Of a stretch of 64,000 bases of DNA, positions 52,061-64,000 are shown piece after piece. The position numbers were made by a program, and so were the translations under genes. The notes under the pieces are model-generated. The model was not told the origin of the DNA and did no database searches. It saw only the letters and a program-made list of their open reading frames with translations. The DNA is from Somniosus microcephalus (taxonomy: Eukaryota). The stretch lies in contig CM126230.1 in the NCBI GenBank assembly GCA_052327205.1, positions 27,218,001-27,282,000 of the forward strand, given 5' to 3'. The stretch's first letter is position 1. The number at the start of each line of letters is the position of its first letter.

Positions 52061-53834
52061 TATGTCTGTATCACCAAGTTTTGGAAGGAGCCAAATAAGT
52101 TGGCTTCAGTTTTTGAAATGATCAATTGGAGAAAGTTCAGGCTCACCTACGGTTTGCTGCTGGGGCAAGCACTCTGATGGCACAGCATTAGTTGCGAATA
52201 CTGCACACAGTAATTTCTAGGCAATACTGCAGTAAAATTCTTGTTGATTACATTGTTTTAAAAACAAAAGGATTAAACTTTTCCAATTGATCATTAAATT
52301 GGGTGATTCAAATATTAGAACACTTATTGTAAAAAAACTAAATAGTAAAAAATAAACCGTATAAATTAAAAATTTAAGCCAATACAAAATCTTCCATGAA
52401 AACATTCAGAATTTTCAACATGTGTTGCAAAGGGCTCAATTCCCAGTCAATTTGACAAAAAATTCAGTGCAAGAATGCAATATTCCATCTACCTCTCATT
52501 GCTGATCCAGCATACAAGTTCCAATTCTAATTTATTCATTTTTTTCCCTTTCTTTCATTTTACAAATCACATTATCAGCATTAGTAAATGGCCATCCAGT
52601 GGGCTCATTTTTTTTGAATTTTATAAAAAGATGTTTAATCAACAACATCAAATGTTAAGCAGAAAATTGCAGACAATCTTTTCTGCAAGTTCTTCATTAG
52701 CCCTTGCAAGATTTGCAAACATTGGTATAAAATGTCTAGCCATTTCAAATTTGAATTCCTCAGTTTTGATCATGTTCTCTCCCTCCTTCCTCAGAACAAC
52801 TTAAAAAATTGCAATTATTCTGAAAAACTCATGAATAACTTTGTTCTGAACCAACTGAAAGCAGCAGCATGGCTTGAAAAATTCATACTGGATAAACAAT
52901 AAACCTCTATTACAATATATAAACAAAGCATATTAACATACTTAACTGTATAGCTTGTTAATAATATTTCATTATATACAAGTTATTGAAAAACAACAGA
53001 ATTGAGCTGTCATCCAGTCAAGAGAAACCCAATGAGGAAAGTCACAATTTTAACACTACAAATAATATTCTCTATTGGTGGTACAAATATATTAAACACA
53101 AGTGAATGCAATAAATTTAAATCATGGCACAAATCCATTTGTATTAATTTCTGTGTGAGCAAAGTTGATTTTTAAAACAGTATTTCAGTAATGTTATTTT
53201 AAATGTTATTTTAATGTAGTAATTTTAGATTTAATTGATGGCGAAGCAAACAAAAAGATTTGATAATCCTTATTTTTAAACCTTTAGTAATTTCATAGTC
53301 ATCGTGTTTCAATTGTTATGAATTCAGCCTGAATAGTTACAAGTTTGTTCCATATTGAAAGCATGTGTGCCAACATTCTAATCATTAAATAAATTGGTAT
53401 TTTAATGATTGTAAATGTATAATAAATGGTTTCCATCATGAAACTTCAAGGTTGTTGGTTTCTGTTTCACTGGAAATATCTACTACACTTGTTCAGGTGC
53501 AGTAGGCGTCACCACATTATGCTCCATACACCATGGATGGGTATGTCACGCATGTTGTAAATCTCTGGGACTCGATACCTTTCTGCAGAATGCACCATGA
53601 TTGCCCCTTCCCACATCTTTTTCATGACTATCTTCAGTCTATTCAACTGGAGGTTAGACAGTTTAAGAACATACTCAAGATCTTCTTCTTGCAGTGTTTA
53701 TAAAATAAGAAGCTAAGTAAGTGCTAGGCAAAATGAAATTGCTAGCATCAGACAATACAATGAAATTAGCAAGTGCATGCCAGCAAGTTGCCAGACATCT
53801 CCATTTCTAGGTATTAGTAAAGTATTACATGGTA

Positions 53835-54522
53835 CAGCAAAGTATTTACAGCACAGAAACAAGCCATTTGACCCAAAAGGTCCATGCACCACAGGAGCCT
53901 CCCCCTACCCATCATCAAAATATCCTTCTATTCCTTTCTCCCTCATGTGTTTATCTAGCTTCCCCTTAAATGCATCTATGTTAGTCGCCTCAACTATTCC
54001 TTGTGGTAGCGAGTTCCACATTCTAACCACTCTCTGGGTAAAGAAGTTTCTCCTGAATTCCCTATTGAAGTTATTAGTGACAAACTTATATTTACGGCCC
54101 CTTGTTCTGGTCTGCCCACAAGTGGAAACATCTTCTCTACATGTACCCAATCAAACCCTTTCATAATCTTAAAGACCTCGATCAGGTCACCCACCCCTCA
54201 GTCTTCTCTTTTCTAGAGAATAGAACCCCAGCCTGTTCAATCTTTCCTGATGCGTATAACCTCTCAGTTCTGGTATCATCCTAGTAAATCTTTTTTGCAC
54301 CTTTTCCAATGCCTCTATATCCATTTTATAATATGGAGACCAGAACTGTTCACAGTACTCCAAGTGTGGCTTAACCAAGGTTCTATACAAGTTTAATGCA
54401 ACTTCTCTGCTTTTCAATTCTATCCCTCTAGAAATGATCCCCAGTGCTTTGTTCTTTATGGCCTTATTAATCTGTGTCGCTACTTTGTGATTTGTGTATC
54501 TGTACCCCCAGATCCCTCTGCT
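53835..54522 (-). mobile_element. CR1 LINE 3' fragment
   Basis: LNLYRTLVKPHLEYCEQFWSP, RRNFFTQRVVRMWNSLP. Confidence 0.9.
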
Positions 54523-54905
54523 CCAACCTCCCTTTCCTCTCCAAAGTCCTTCAACGTGTTGTCGCCTCCCAAATCCGTGCCCATCTTTCCTGTAATTCTA
54601 TGTTTGAATCCCTCCGATCAGGTTTCCGCCCTTTGCCACAGTGCCGAAACGGCTCTCATCAAAGTCACAAATGACATCCTTTGTGACTGTGACAAAGGTA
54701 AACTATCCCTCCTCTTCCTTCTTGACTTGTCTGCAGCCTTTGACACAGTTGACCACTCCATCCTTCTTCAATGCCTCTCCACCGTCGTCCAGCTGAGTGG
54801 GACAGCAGTCGTCTGGTTCCATTCTTATCTATCTAATCGTAACCAGAGAATCACCTGCAACGGCTTCCCTTCCTGCTCCCGCATCTTTACCTTTGGTGTC
54901 CCCTT
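54523..54905 (+). mobile_element. L2-clade LINE reverse transcriptase fragment
   Basis: NLPFLSKVLQRVV...SGFRP / HSAETALIKVTNDIL...LLDLSAAFDTVDHSILL...WFHSYLSNR. Confidence 0.9.
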
Positions 54906-56330
54906 CAAATCAGCTTTTTCCCTCAATTTATTGCTTTGGTCTTTGTCTTACTTATGTCGTTCTCAATCTTTGCCTTAAACCGTATCATGTTGTGATTGCT
55001 ATTGCCTAGATGTTCCTGTGCTTACTTCTCTTATCTGTTCTAGTTCATTTCCCATTGCTAGATCCACGAGTGCGCCCTCGCTTCTTGGGCTTTTTGCATC
55101 CTGGGTAAGAAAGGAGTCCTGCACTCATTGTAAAAACTCCATTTCCTGTACCCTTTATGCTACCACCTCTTGCCAATTTATTTGGGGGTAGTTAAAATCT
55201 AAATCTTCCATTATTATTATTCTATGTCCTTTACTCATTTCATATATTTGCTTACATATTTCTTCCTCCACCTCATTTCCACTATTAAGTGGTCTGTAGT
55301 GCACCCTTATTGTGATGGATCCCATCTAATCTTTTTTCAATCCACATGGATTCTGTTTCTATCCTTCTGTTAGTTACATCCCTTTTTTCTACTGCCATTA
55401 TGTTATCTCTAATTAGTGCAGCTACCCCACCCCCTTCTTCCTTGTCCGTTCCGATTATGCTCTAACCTGCAATATTTAGTTGACAGTGTGTTCTTTATGT
55501 AGCCATGTTGCAGTTATTCCTACTACATCTGGTTCCTCGCTACGGATTATTGCCTCCAGTTCCCATTTTATTTTTGATGCTGTGTACATTGCTGTACATG
55601 CAGTTTAATTTGTCTATAATAGTTGTTCCTTCTACTTAATTTTTAACAGTCCTTCTATAGCTGTATTTGTTACCTGACCGTTTGTTACCCTTGTTCCTTA
55701 CCTTGGTTGGATCATTACTCTCATTTCCTATTTCTCTCATCTTCAGACTTATGTTATTTTCACCAGAGCCCTCCGCTTCCCCGCCCCCAACCCTCCGTCT
55801 CACTAGTTTAAAGTCCTATGGACAACCCTATTTTTCCCTTCCATAAGGACACTGGTCCCACTCCAGTTCAGGTGGAGCCCGTCCCAACGATGCAGCTCCT
55901 TCCTGTCCCAGTACTGGTGCCAGTATTCTTTCAGCCACGTATTTACTTTCCTGATCTGCTTATCCCTATGCCAATTAGCACAATCAGTTACCAATCCCGA
56001 GATTACCACTCATGAGGTCTGTTTTTTTTAATTTAGTTTCTAACTTCTGATATTCCCTTAGCAGGCCTTCCTCCCTTTTCTTCCCTGTCTCATTGGTTCC
56101 AACATGAACCACGACAATTGGATCTACCCCCTCCCATTCCAAGGTCCTCTCCAGTTGCTCAGAGATATCCTTTACCTTTGCACCAGGTAGGAAACACACC
56201 CTTCTGGACTCTCGGTCGCAACTGCAGAGGATGCTTTCTATCCCCCCTAATTATCGGGTCCCCTATAACTACAACCTTTCTATTCTGCTCTTCATCCCAT
56301 TGGTCTGCCTCCTGCTCCATGTACCTATAG
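54905..56330 (-). mobile_element. CR1 5' region: decayed ORF1 SGNH/GDSL-like esterase and start of the APE endonuclease
   Basis: VVVIGDPIIRG, FLPGAKVKDISEQL, IVVVHVGTN and WDGLHLN blocks, followed by endonuclease-like remnants. Confidence 0.82.
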
Positions 56331-56983
56331 CAAGTCCAAATTGATTTATTTGTAACCTGTAGTACGCAACACTGTGGTTTTATCATTCTTGATTTTTGGA
56401 ATCACAGAAGCACAAAGAAAGTTTTTGTATAAAGAGATGAATAATCCTTGAAAAATGGTACACAAAAAACTCTGCATTTTTAAACAAAACAACTGCAGCT
56501 GATTCATCTGCCCAAAGTGAAAAAAACTTTACTTGAACATGTTCCACTTTCACAGGACCAAGGAGACAACCTTTCTACATGGAATTCACTCATGGCAGAA
56601 TCAGAATTCATGGCAAACAGGAGCTGAATTGTCAACATTATTGTGTTTCCCCTGGGCCAATGTCCATCTCCAAAGCATCCTAATGGGCAAAATAACTTTC
56701 TACAGATTTAAGGCTCAGCATTATTTGTCATAGTGCCAGTTACTACCTGCTGAGATGCCAAATTAACTGGTTTGGGGGTCCAGGTGCCTTACACTCAACA
56801 CAGCATCACTCACATACCAAGAACATTTAAAGAAAACTTATCCCATCTGAGCGATCCTTCTGGAGAACAAAGGACGAGTAGTGAATGCCAAGGAAGGCAA
56901 CAGATTAAAAAATATACCCACTGCAGTACAGCTCAGTATCATCCACCACGAATAGAGTTTTCTCGGGTAAAACAGCATGAATA

Positions 56984-57401
56984 CAGGTAGACTATCCTTT
57001 ATCCGAACTTCCGAAAACCTCTAAAAACCGAAAGTTTTTTCGTTCAGCGGTCGTGCGCACGACATGACCAGAGTGGCGCACGACTTACGCTGAGCAGGGC
57101 AGAGGGTCACAGAGTTCCCTCCTGGGTAGGAGATTGCAGGCCGAGCCGGGCAGTGTGAAGGAGGTACCGGGAGAGTGAACCCAACAATACAGCGGCCGTC
57201 CGATAGCTGCAGCAGCCCGTCCGATATTCTTTTCTCCACCCCCCACCCGTCCGATATTCTTTTCTCCCCCCCGACGCCGACCCCGACCCCCCGCCGAGCC
57301 CGACCCCTGACAAATTTCCCAAAACCTTCTGAAATCCGAAAAATTCCGAAAACCGAAACTCAGCTGGTCCCAAGGTTTTCGGATAAAGGATAGTCTACCT
57401 G
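56984..57401. mobile_element. Tigger/pogo-type MITE with perfect 24-bp TIRs
   Basis: TA|caggtagactatcctttatccgaa ... ttcggataaaggatagtctacctg|TA; internal direct repeat cccgtccgatattcttttctcc twice. Confidence 0.93.
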
Positions 57402-60099
57402 TAGTAATGGTGGGCATGCTTAAGTCACCCATGTCACTTTGTCAAGATGCTAAGTTGAGTTGCAGGTGTCTCATAAGCCTCCTATGAGACAACAAAAGAT
57501 AAGTGCCATCATCAATTTCAGAGGTTTGACCACTTTTTGCTGGATCTAAAGATAACCACTACTCCTACATTTCAGATAAACATGCCTTGACTGAAGTCCA
57601 ATAAAAGTGACATCCTAAGAAGACTTGTATTTCTCCAGGTTCACTTGGACCTATCTCCCACTTCAAATGGAAGTTAGTTTGCATATACGAAGGATAATCT
57701 TTCTAGGTAACTCCCACACAAGCCTGCATAAGCCAATCTAAAGGGTAAATTGGCCAAGTTTTGAAGCAAAGATAGACTGTTATTAAACAGAGATTTTGGC
57801 AAATACCTTAAGTGTTGAGGCCAAGCTAAATGACATTTCTTTGGTTCTTCCATGCCAATTTAAAGTATACAAGTCTTGTATCTGGAAATGAGAATGCTTA
57901 GCCCTGGTACCATCAGCTAGTCCCCAAGGCAAAATGTCATGACAATCACGATGAATTTCTGCTCAGGAAGCTTAATCAGTTTTTTTTTCAGATCCAGCAC
58001 CATTTTCAATTCTCTTGTCTTTTTAAGGACTGTGAAATAGCAGAATAAAACTTGCATATCGCTTCGAATCCTGGCACCTCTTTAGCCTGGGCGTGCAACA
58101 CACTGTTGTGAGGAGAGCCGCACAATCTGACTGATGATGCTTTTGAACTGCAGGACAAACTTCATGAAATGTCATTCTGTGAGAAAGGACTTTACCTGAA
58201 ATGAACCAGTGTCAAATACTCGGACTGCCTGGTTTCAAGACAAGCTTAAGCTAGTTGAATTTATACATTCTGCATAACTTGGAGAATTTATTAGCACGAG
58301 TACTGGATGCACTCTTGTAGCTGGTCTTGAGATCAGGACTGGGGAAAGGGAGAAAAAATTGAAGTCTGCAGTGAATGCGGTCAAACTGCAGGGAAAAAAA
58401 CCCTGCCATTTATGCGAAAATAAGGTTTTCTGCATTAAAGGACAACTCTCAAACTCAGAAAACAAGCATTCCATTGACACAAGATAGTTTAAGAATTTCA
58501 TGCCAGATCATTTTCAGAGCACCATACCTGAAGCCATGGGTCAATTGTACACAGCATTCTTGGTGAGTGAAACAGAAGCAACCTGAGCTAGTACCTGCAG
58601 AGACTTTGCAATGTTTTTAAACGGTCCTTCAAAATTAGTCCAACAGGCCTGCCAAACATGAGACTCCAAAATGTATTCTGTTTGCATCATCTACCAAATT
58701 CCATGGAGCTTTCCAGAGTCTCTTGTGACAGATTTCTGGGTTCCGAGCTCACTGAAGGTTTTTGCTTGTTTTATTTTGCGGTTATAGTCATAGAGTTTTA
58801 CAGCACAGAAAGAGGCCCTTTGGCCCAGGTTAGTAGGTGATTACGGACTCAGTGGAAAGATAAACAAATCTGGGACTATCTGTTTAGAACTGCATATAAT
58901 TTCTCCATCTTGGGTACACTAATGATGGTTTTGTAGGATTTGCACCTTATTTGAGGGAACTCAAAGGCAGTAACTATCAATGCTACTTTGCATTTCAGTA
59001 ATTCAAGAACTAAAATCAGGATTGAACAGCATAACTTGCCCTTCATCAATGGGTATTCATTTATATTTTATTTCCCAGATTTGTCTCAATGGTGCAGCTA
59101 ACAAGTGTCTATTGTCCAGGCAGATAATTCAGATCACAATACTGATCTTCCAAAGGCTGATGTGATTGACAAATTAATGTTAATATTCAGCATAAATGTA
59201 AGAATTACTCAAAGTTATTCCAACAACATGATGGGAGGGTTTGACTGTTCACTGGAAGTAACAAAACAATAACCTCTGAACATCAATAGGATGGAACTGA
59301 CAGTCAAAATCAAGTATCGTTAGCTCATTAAAAAGAAAAAGGAAATGTGCATAGAAATAGAAGATTTTGCTGTTATGCATTGAAATCATATGTGGCAAAA
59401 TAAATAAAAATGTTTAGATATACACTTGCAAGAGTACCAAGCTTACAAACTCATGAGCAGACAAGATGATCACTAAAACTGCCAGTTTTCTTGAGGAAAA
59501 ACAAGGCCATAAGGCTTCACAGGGATATGTAGATGATAGAACAATTTGAAGTTATCATTTCTGCTGTGAAAAAGATACTTGCTTGGTGTACAGTAACAGA
59601 ACTTGTCTGAAGACCAACCTAGAAAGGAGCGCACATCATGAAACAGAAATCTATTGGATTATATGATTTATACATCAATACCATAAGACCATCACTATTC
59701 TTGGCAAAAATGACTGGGTATTCTACCATAAAACACGCAGTCCTGTAGTTTCCTTCTTGGGTGCAACCTGGAAGCTAAATGCGCCCAATGTTGCATCCAT
59801 GTCGCTGGTGTCAAGTTATGCCCAATTATTCTCGCAATCCCATTAGAATAAGGCCAAAGTTAAAATGAGTGTAAATCAGCATAAACAACTGTAACCCAAG
59901 GAAAGCAAAAAACCCACAGCATAACCTTCATACTTAAAGAAGAAATATAAGTTTCAATTAATTTAACCATCCTTCATCCACAGTATGATTAGGACCCTGC
60001 AATTGGGCAATGTTTTCAATTTGTGCCATAAAAATCCATTCAAAGAAACAGAAAATACAGAGCACATCAGTGAGGTTAATTTTTTTTATTTTTTTTTTA

Positions 60100-61250
60100 T
60101 AAACGATTAAAAATTTGGAATTAAACACAAAAGAATGACTTTCTTTCCTGCTGCGCCTGAAAACCTGGTTGCAATGTTAAGAGACTCCAGAACAAGCGGA
60201 ATTGGAGGATAGTCGCATTTGAGAGTTGGGGGCATGGCCAGTTTGTAGGCAGAGATTTGTTTGGATGAAGGGTTTGATGGATGGACGTAAAACATCGAGG
60301 AGACTTGGGGGTATTGTAGTCACGGCGTAATTCACTTACGCCCAGAATTCTGCGATCTTTTAAGCCATGTAATAGTGTCGATAGATAAAGAAAGAATAAG
60401 AAACAAAGAAGTAGCAGCTTGGTTAGCCTTGAAAGAGACAAGAATAAGCTATGTCTTTGAGGAATTGAAAGAAACAGAATCTTTCCTGTCCTATTTGAAG
60501 GCATGGAGGAGATGAAGATGTAGCGATTCTGCTGCTGCACTTTGAGAGGAGGCTGTGTGGACTGAGGTATGCAATCTGAAGGAAATTAATACATGGAAAG
60601 TGGAATTATCAGCAAAAGAGAAGATAAGGTTGGGTGAAGAGTGGAGATCATCACTGATATCAACAGATTGGAAAACTGGTCAGAGACATGGCGCATTCCA
60701 GAGATAATGAAAATCAATAAGCACAATTAGAATTATTTGAGAAGAAAACGTTGGTGAGGGGTCACATGTTTATAAGTGCACGGTGTCAAACCCTGTCAAA
60801 GGCCTTGGAGCTGTCCATGGTGATACCAGATGATTCATCAAAACATTCAAGAACAAACTCCCTGGTCTTTTTGCTCATTTACACCTACCACTCTAACCTT
60901 AATCTTTGTAACGAACCTACTTCTACTTTTTCATTCTGCTTGACTGTTAAGGCCAATATCATTTTAACCCCGGCAACTAGATCTCCAGCGGTTCTGCCAA
61001 GCCACAAATTGCAACGGCAATTGTGAATTAGGTCAGAATTTTCAAGGTAATCTGAAATTTGAGAGTTAACAGCAGCTTCCATAACTAAAAGCAGTGATGT
61101 AAGGGCATTAGGATGGTAGCTTGAAGGGTCTGAAGGATGGCTTTTCTTCGGGGCAAGGGTGAACATGAACAAATTTTTTGCAGAAAGATGGCCTGAACTT
61201 TTCAGTTCAGAAGCACTCTCACCTGCATCCACTCCTCCAATTCACAGAAG
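60100..61250 (-). mobile_element. Heavily decayed LINE RT of a lineage different from the dominant CR1/L2 copies
   Basis: PKKSHPSDPSSYHPNALTS...GRTAGDL, MDSSKAFDRV*HRAL, SFADNSTFH, VSFNSSKT, ILGV. Confidence 0.75.
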
Positions 61251-64000
61251 CACACTACCCTCAGTTCAAATGATTTCTACCACCACCCTGCAACCGCCCC
61301 CCGCCCCCCACCGTTCATAGAAGTATTCTTTGACTATAAAAACCTCTCCAAATGATTCGGTGGTCCCAGCAATCATCAGTTTTACAGCTGTCCTTGTTAA
61401 AGTAGATTCATGCTGCATTCTGTTGTTTTGCCACCAAACGTACAAAAATCAAAACGCCATTATGGTCTCCACGCTTTAAAACCTTCTGGGAATTAAAGCA
61501 TGCTTTGTGCAGGAAACTGGGGGGGCAGAGTAGGTTAAACACACTATCCTTTTGCTTCTTGAACCTGACTTGAAATACAGTTCAGACTAATGGAATGAAA
61601 TTCTCCTCTCTTTGTAGGCTGCACTGATCCTTTGTGAAAGGAGTTTGCACAGTCTCACCTCAGTTCATAGGAGTGCAAGCCTGCAAGGCAAACAACCCAC
61701 AAGTGAACACAAATTGGCAATCTCACCCAGACAGGCCAAACAAATAGCTGGAACTACTACAGTTGTGCAGTAGAAGGTGGTATTCTGATCTTAATGCTAA
61801 GGAACATGGTTGGGCAGATTAAAAGGAAGCTTTACTCTGCATCTGGCCTAAGATTCAGTTAGCCGAGCATTGTTTGATACCATTGAATTACCAAACACCG
61901 ACATCCCTCATCATACTAAGGACCAAATTTACCAAAAAATAAAACATTCTTAGATTGTTAAGTCCAATTGAAAGTCATGTTGCTCTTCATGTGACTGTGG
62001 TGGTGTTACCATTAGCTGTGCACACAGTACCTCACTATATAAAAATCTCTTTGGCTACATTGTGAGGTGAATGCGCAAGGTTTAAGAGACGGGCAGCTTT
62101 CAATTTGAGTACATCCCTCAGTGTGTTAAAGCTACTACTGATTGCATGGCACTTGAGGGTGGGGCTCAGCAGGTTGCTCTGCAGCACAAATGTGCCAGAC
62201 ATACAGGTATGCACATTAGAAAATTGCCACAGTATCAAATGAAAGATTTAGGAACTGGCAACAAGTTTACCATTTGACTATGATTTCTGCATCTGTTTTG
62301 AGCTTGAAAGGTTGGAGAGAACCAATACTGCTGACCCGTTGGGCATCAAAAATACCCAGAGTCCGTCCATGTTAATATCAGATGGCGAGGAACTCAGGCC
62401 AGACCGGACACATGTTGATCCCTTTAATTGCTCAGATTGAGATCTAAAATGGTGTTTATGAGCATTTTTGCAAGAAAGTCTGGAGGAGCAGTTTGATTCA
62501 CTCCCATCATCTTGTGTTTGTAATACTTTTTGGGTTGATGCAGCAAAGAAAACACAGTAACAAAACAAAGTAAATGGAAGGAAACTAAGCCTGTAAATTA
62601 ATCCTGAAAACAGAAACCCAGCAAGCAAACTGATTGGACTAAGTGCCTGAGCTCCGAACAGATTAAAAAAATTCACAAAAATGAAAAGGTTATAGGACAA
62701 AGCAAAATTAACCATGGCTATGAAAAACAAGATGGCAACAATTAGTCTACTGCTACACAGAGGTGTTGTGTGAAAAGAAATCTGTGTACACGGCTCTGTC
62801 TTTCTCAACTATTTGATTTGATGTCATTTTGCTTTCTACAGAAGAGCAAAATTAATAATAGGGACTGGCCTTACTAGGCTTTTTAACGTGAGAAGGTTGA
62901 ACTGGAAGTAGACTAATAATGTAATGCATCGTCTAAGAAATATGAAGTCTCAATATGATTTCAGAAGTAAAGATCGTTTCAAACTTCTGAAAAGATTTCT
63001 CTTATTTGAAAAGCAAGGAAATGCTGAAATGGACACAATGTAGAGGTATGGAGGTTATTTATACTTTTCAAACTTCACAAAATGTGCATGCAAGGTAGAA
63101 AGACAGAATTTTGAGAATAATCAGTGAAACAATCTATTTCACATATTAAATAATAAGTGCAATGGACTATTTTAAAACACATTACTTTGTGCCCAGTGGG
63201 TACTGAAGTGGTCAGCTCCTAAGGAATTGCTCAACTTTTCTCCACCTACCTCCTCAGTGCATCAATACTGTCTCCTGATCACTGGTTACAGAAACAGCAC
63301 TTGTTTTCATTGCTGTTCTTGAAGCAAAATACAGATCTGCTTCCTACATGACTGGGATTTCATCACACTCTTACAGCGATCAGCTCCTTACCTCACTCTC
63401 TGCCAGTTATAAAGCAATAGCATAAAACTGTGCCCATTTCACAGGCAGATAAAGAATGTTAGATAGGGAAAGGGGGCTTTTGTTGCAACAGGAAATTAAT
63501 GAGCCTTAAAGCTTTGCACATCTGGAGAGAAATTCCTCTCATCCACTCAAATTCCCTTTCTGCTGGGAGCCAACAAGCCATCAGATGCAGCACCAGGTCA
63601 AAGTCCTCAATCATGCTCACTGAGCAAGAAGAGAATGCAACAGGCTCGAGACAGAAATGAAGTACAAGAGTCCCTTAAATAGAATCATTCACTTTCAATT
63701 TAACATGAATTCTTGCTTCATTACCAATCTGCTTACATCAGGCAAAAGATAACAACAGGGTGTTACATGGTATTTGAAGTTAAGGTCTGAAGGCAAGGGT
63801 ACAGCAAGGGTCGATTTGCATATTCTCTATGTGTAGTTACACAGAATGTACAGCACAGAACCAGGTCAACTGGTCCATGCCGGTATTTATGCTCCACACA
63901 AGCCTCCTCCCACCCCTCTTCCAACCCTATCAACATATCTTGATGGTGGGAGGCAGGGGCGGGTGGGGGAAAAGACGGTCCGCTGTCCGACCCTCCCTCA

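Noticed and set aside
52400-52800. Short coding-like reads on the - strand in AT-rich DNA
   Set aside because: Many stops and no recognisable motif
53579-53638. 60-nt in-frame candidate exon (TEDSHEKDVGRGNHGAFCRK)
   Set aside because: Weak splice sites, a competing upstream AG, and no similarity to the expected KAT6B exon
62278-62808. 176-aa - strand ORF as the missing upstream KAT6B exon
   Set aside because: No KAT6 similarity and no fitting splice sites; the preceding exon probably lies beyond the window or was missed

Overview
Vertebrate nuclear DNA, almost certainly from a cartilaginous fish (shark-type CR1 and L2 LINEs, SacSINE1-like DeuSINEs). Two genes converge. The last coding exon of DUSP29/DUPD1 is on the + strand (2214-2458). 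The 3' nine coding exons of the MYST acetyltransferase KAT6B are on the - strand (49618 down to 9068), with canonical AG/GT splice sites and consistent phases. The rest is intronic or intergenic DNA dense in transposons: CR1 and L2 LINE pieces, DeuSINEs, Tigger/pogo-type and PIF/Harbinger-type MITEs, a solo LTR, and Penelope-type short elements carrying hammerhead-ribozyme cores. I find no demonstrable new multi-gene system. The best leads are at RNA level: a sense-strand intronic hammerhead core split at its cleavage triplet by a MITE, inverted repeat pairs around in-frame KAT6B exons, a young CR1 next to a 3' splice site, and a templated local duplication. Exon numbers are by analogy to human KAT6B from memory. 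Repeat boundaries are approximate unless TIR/TSD positions are quoted.
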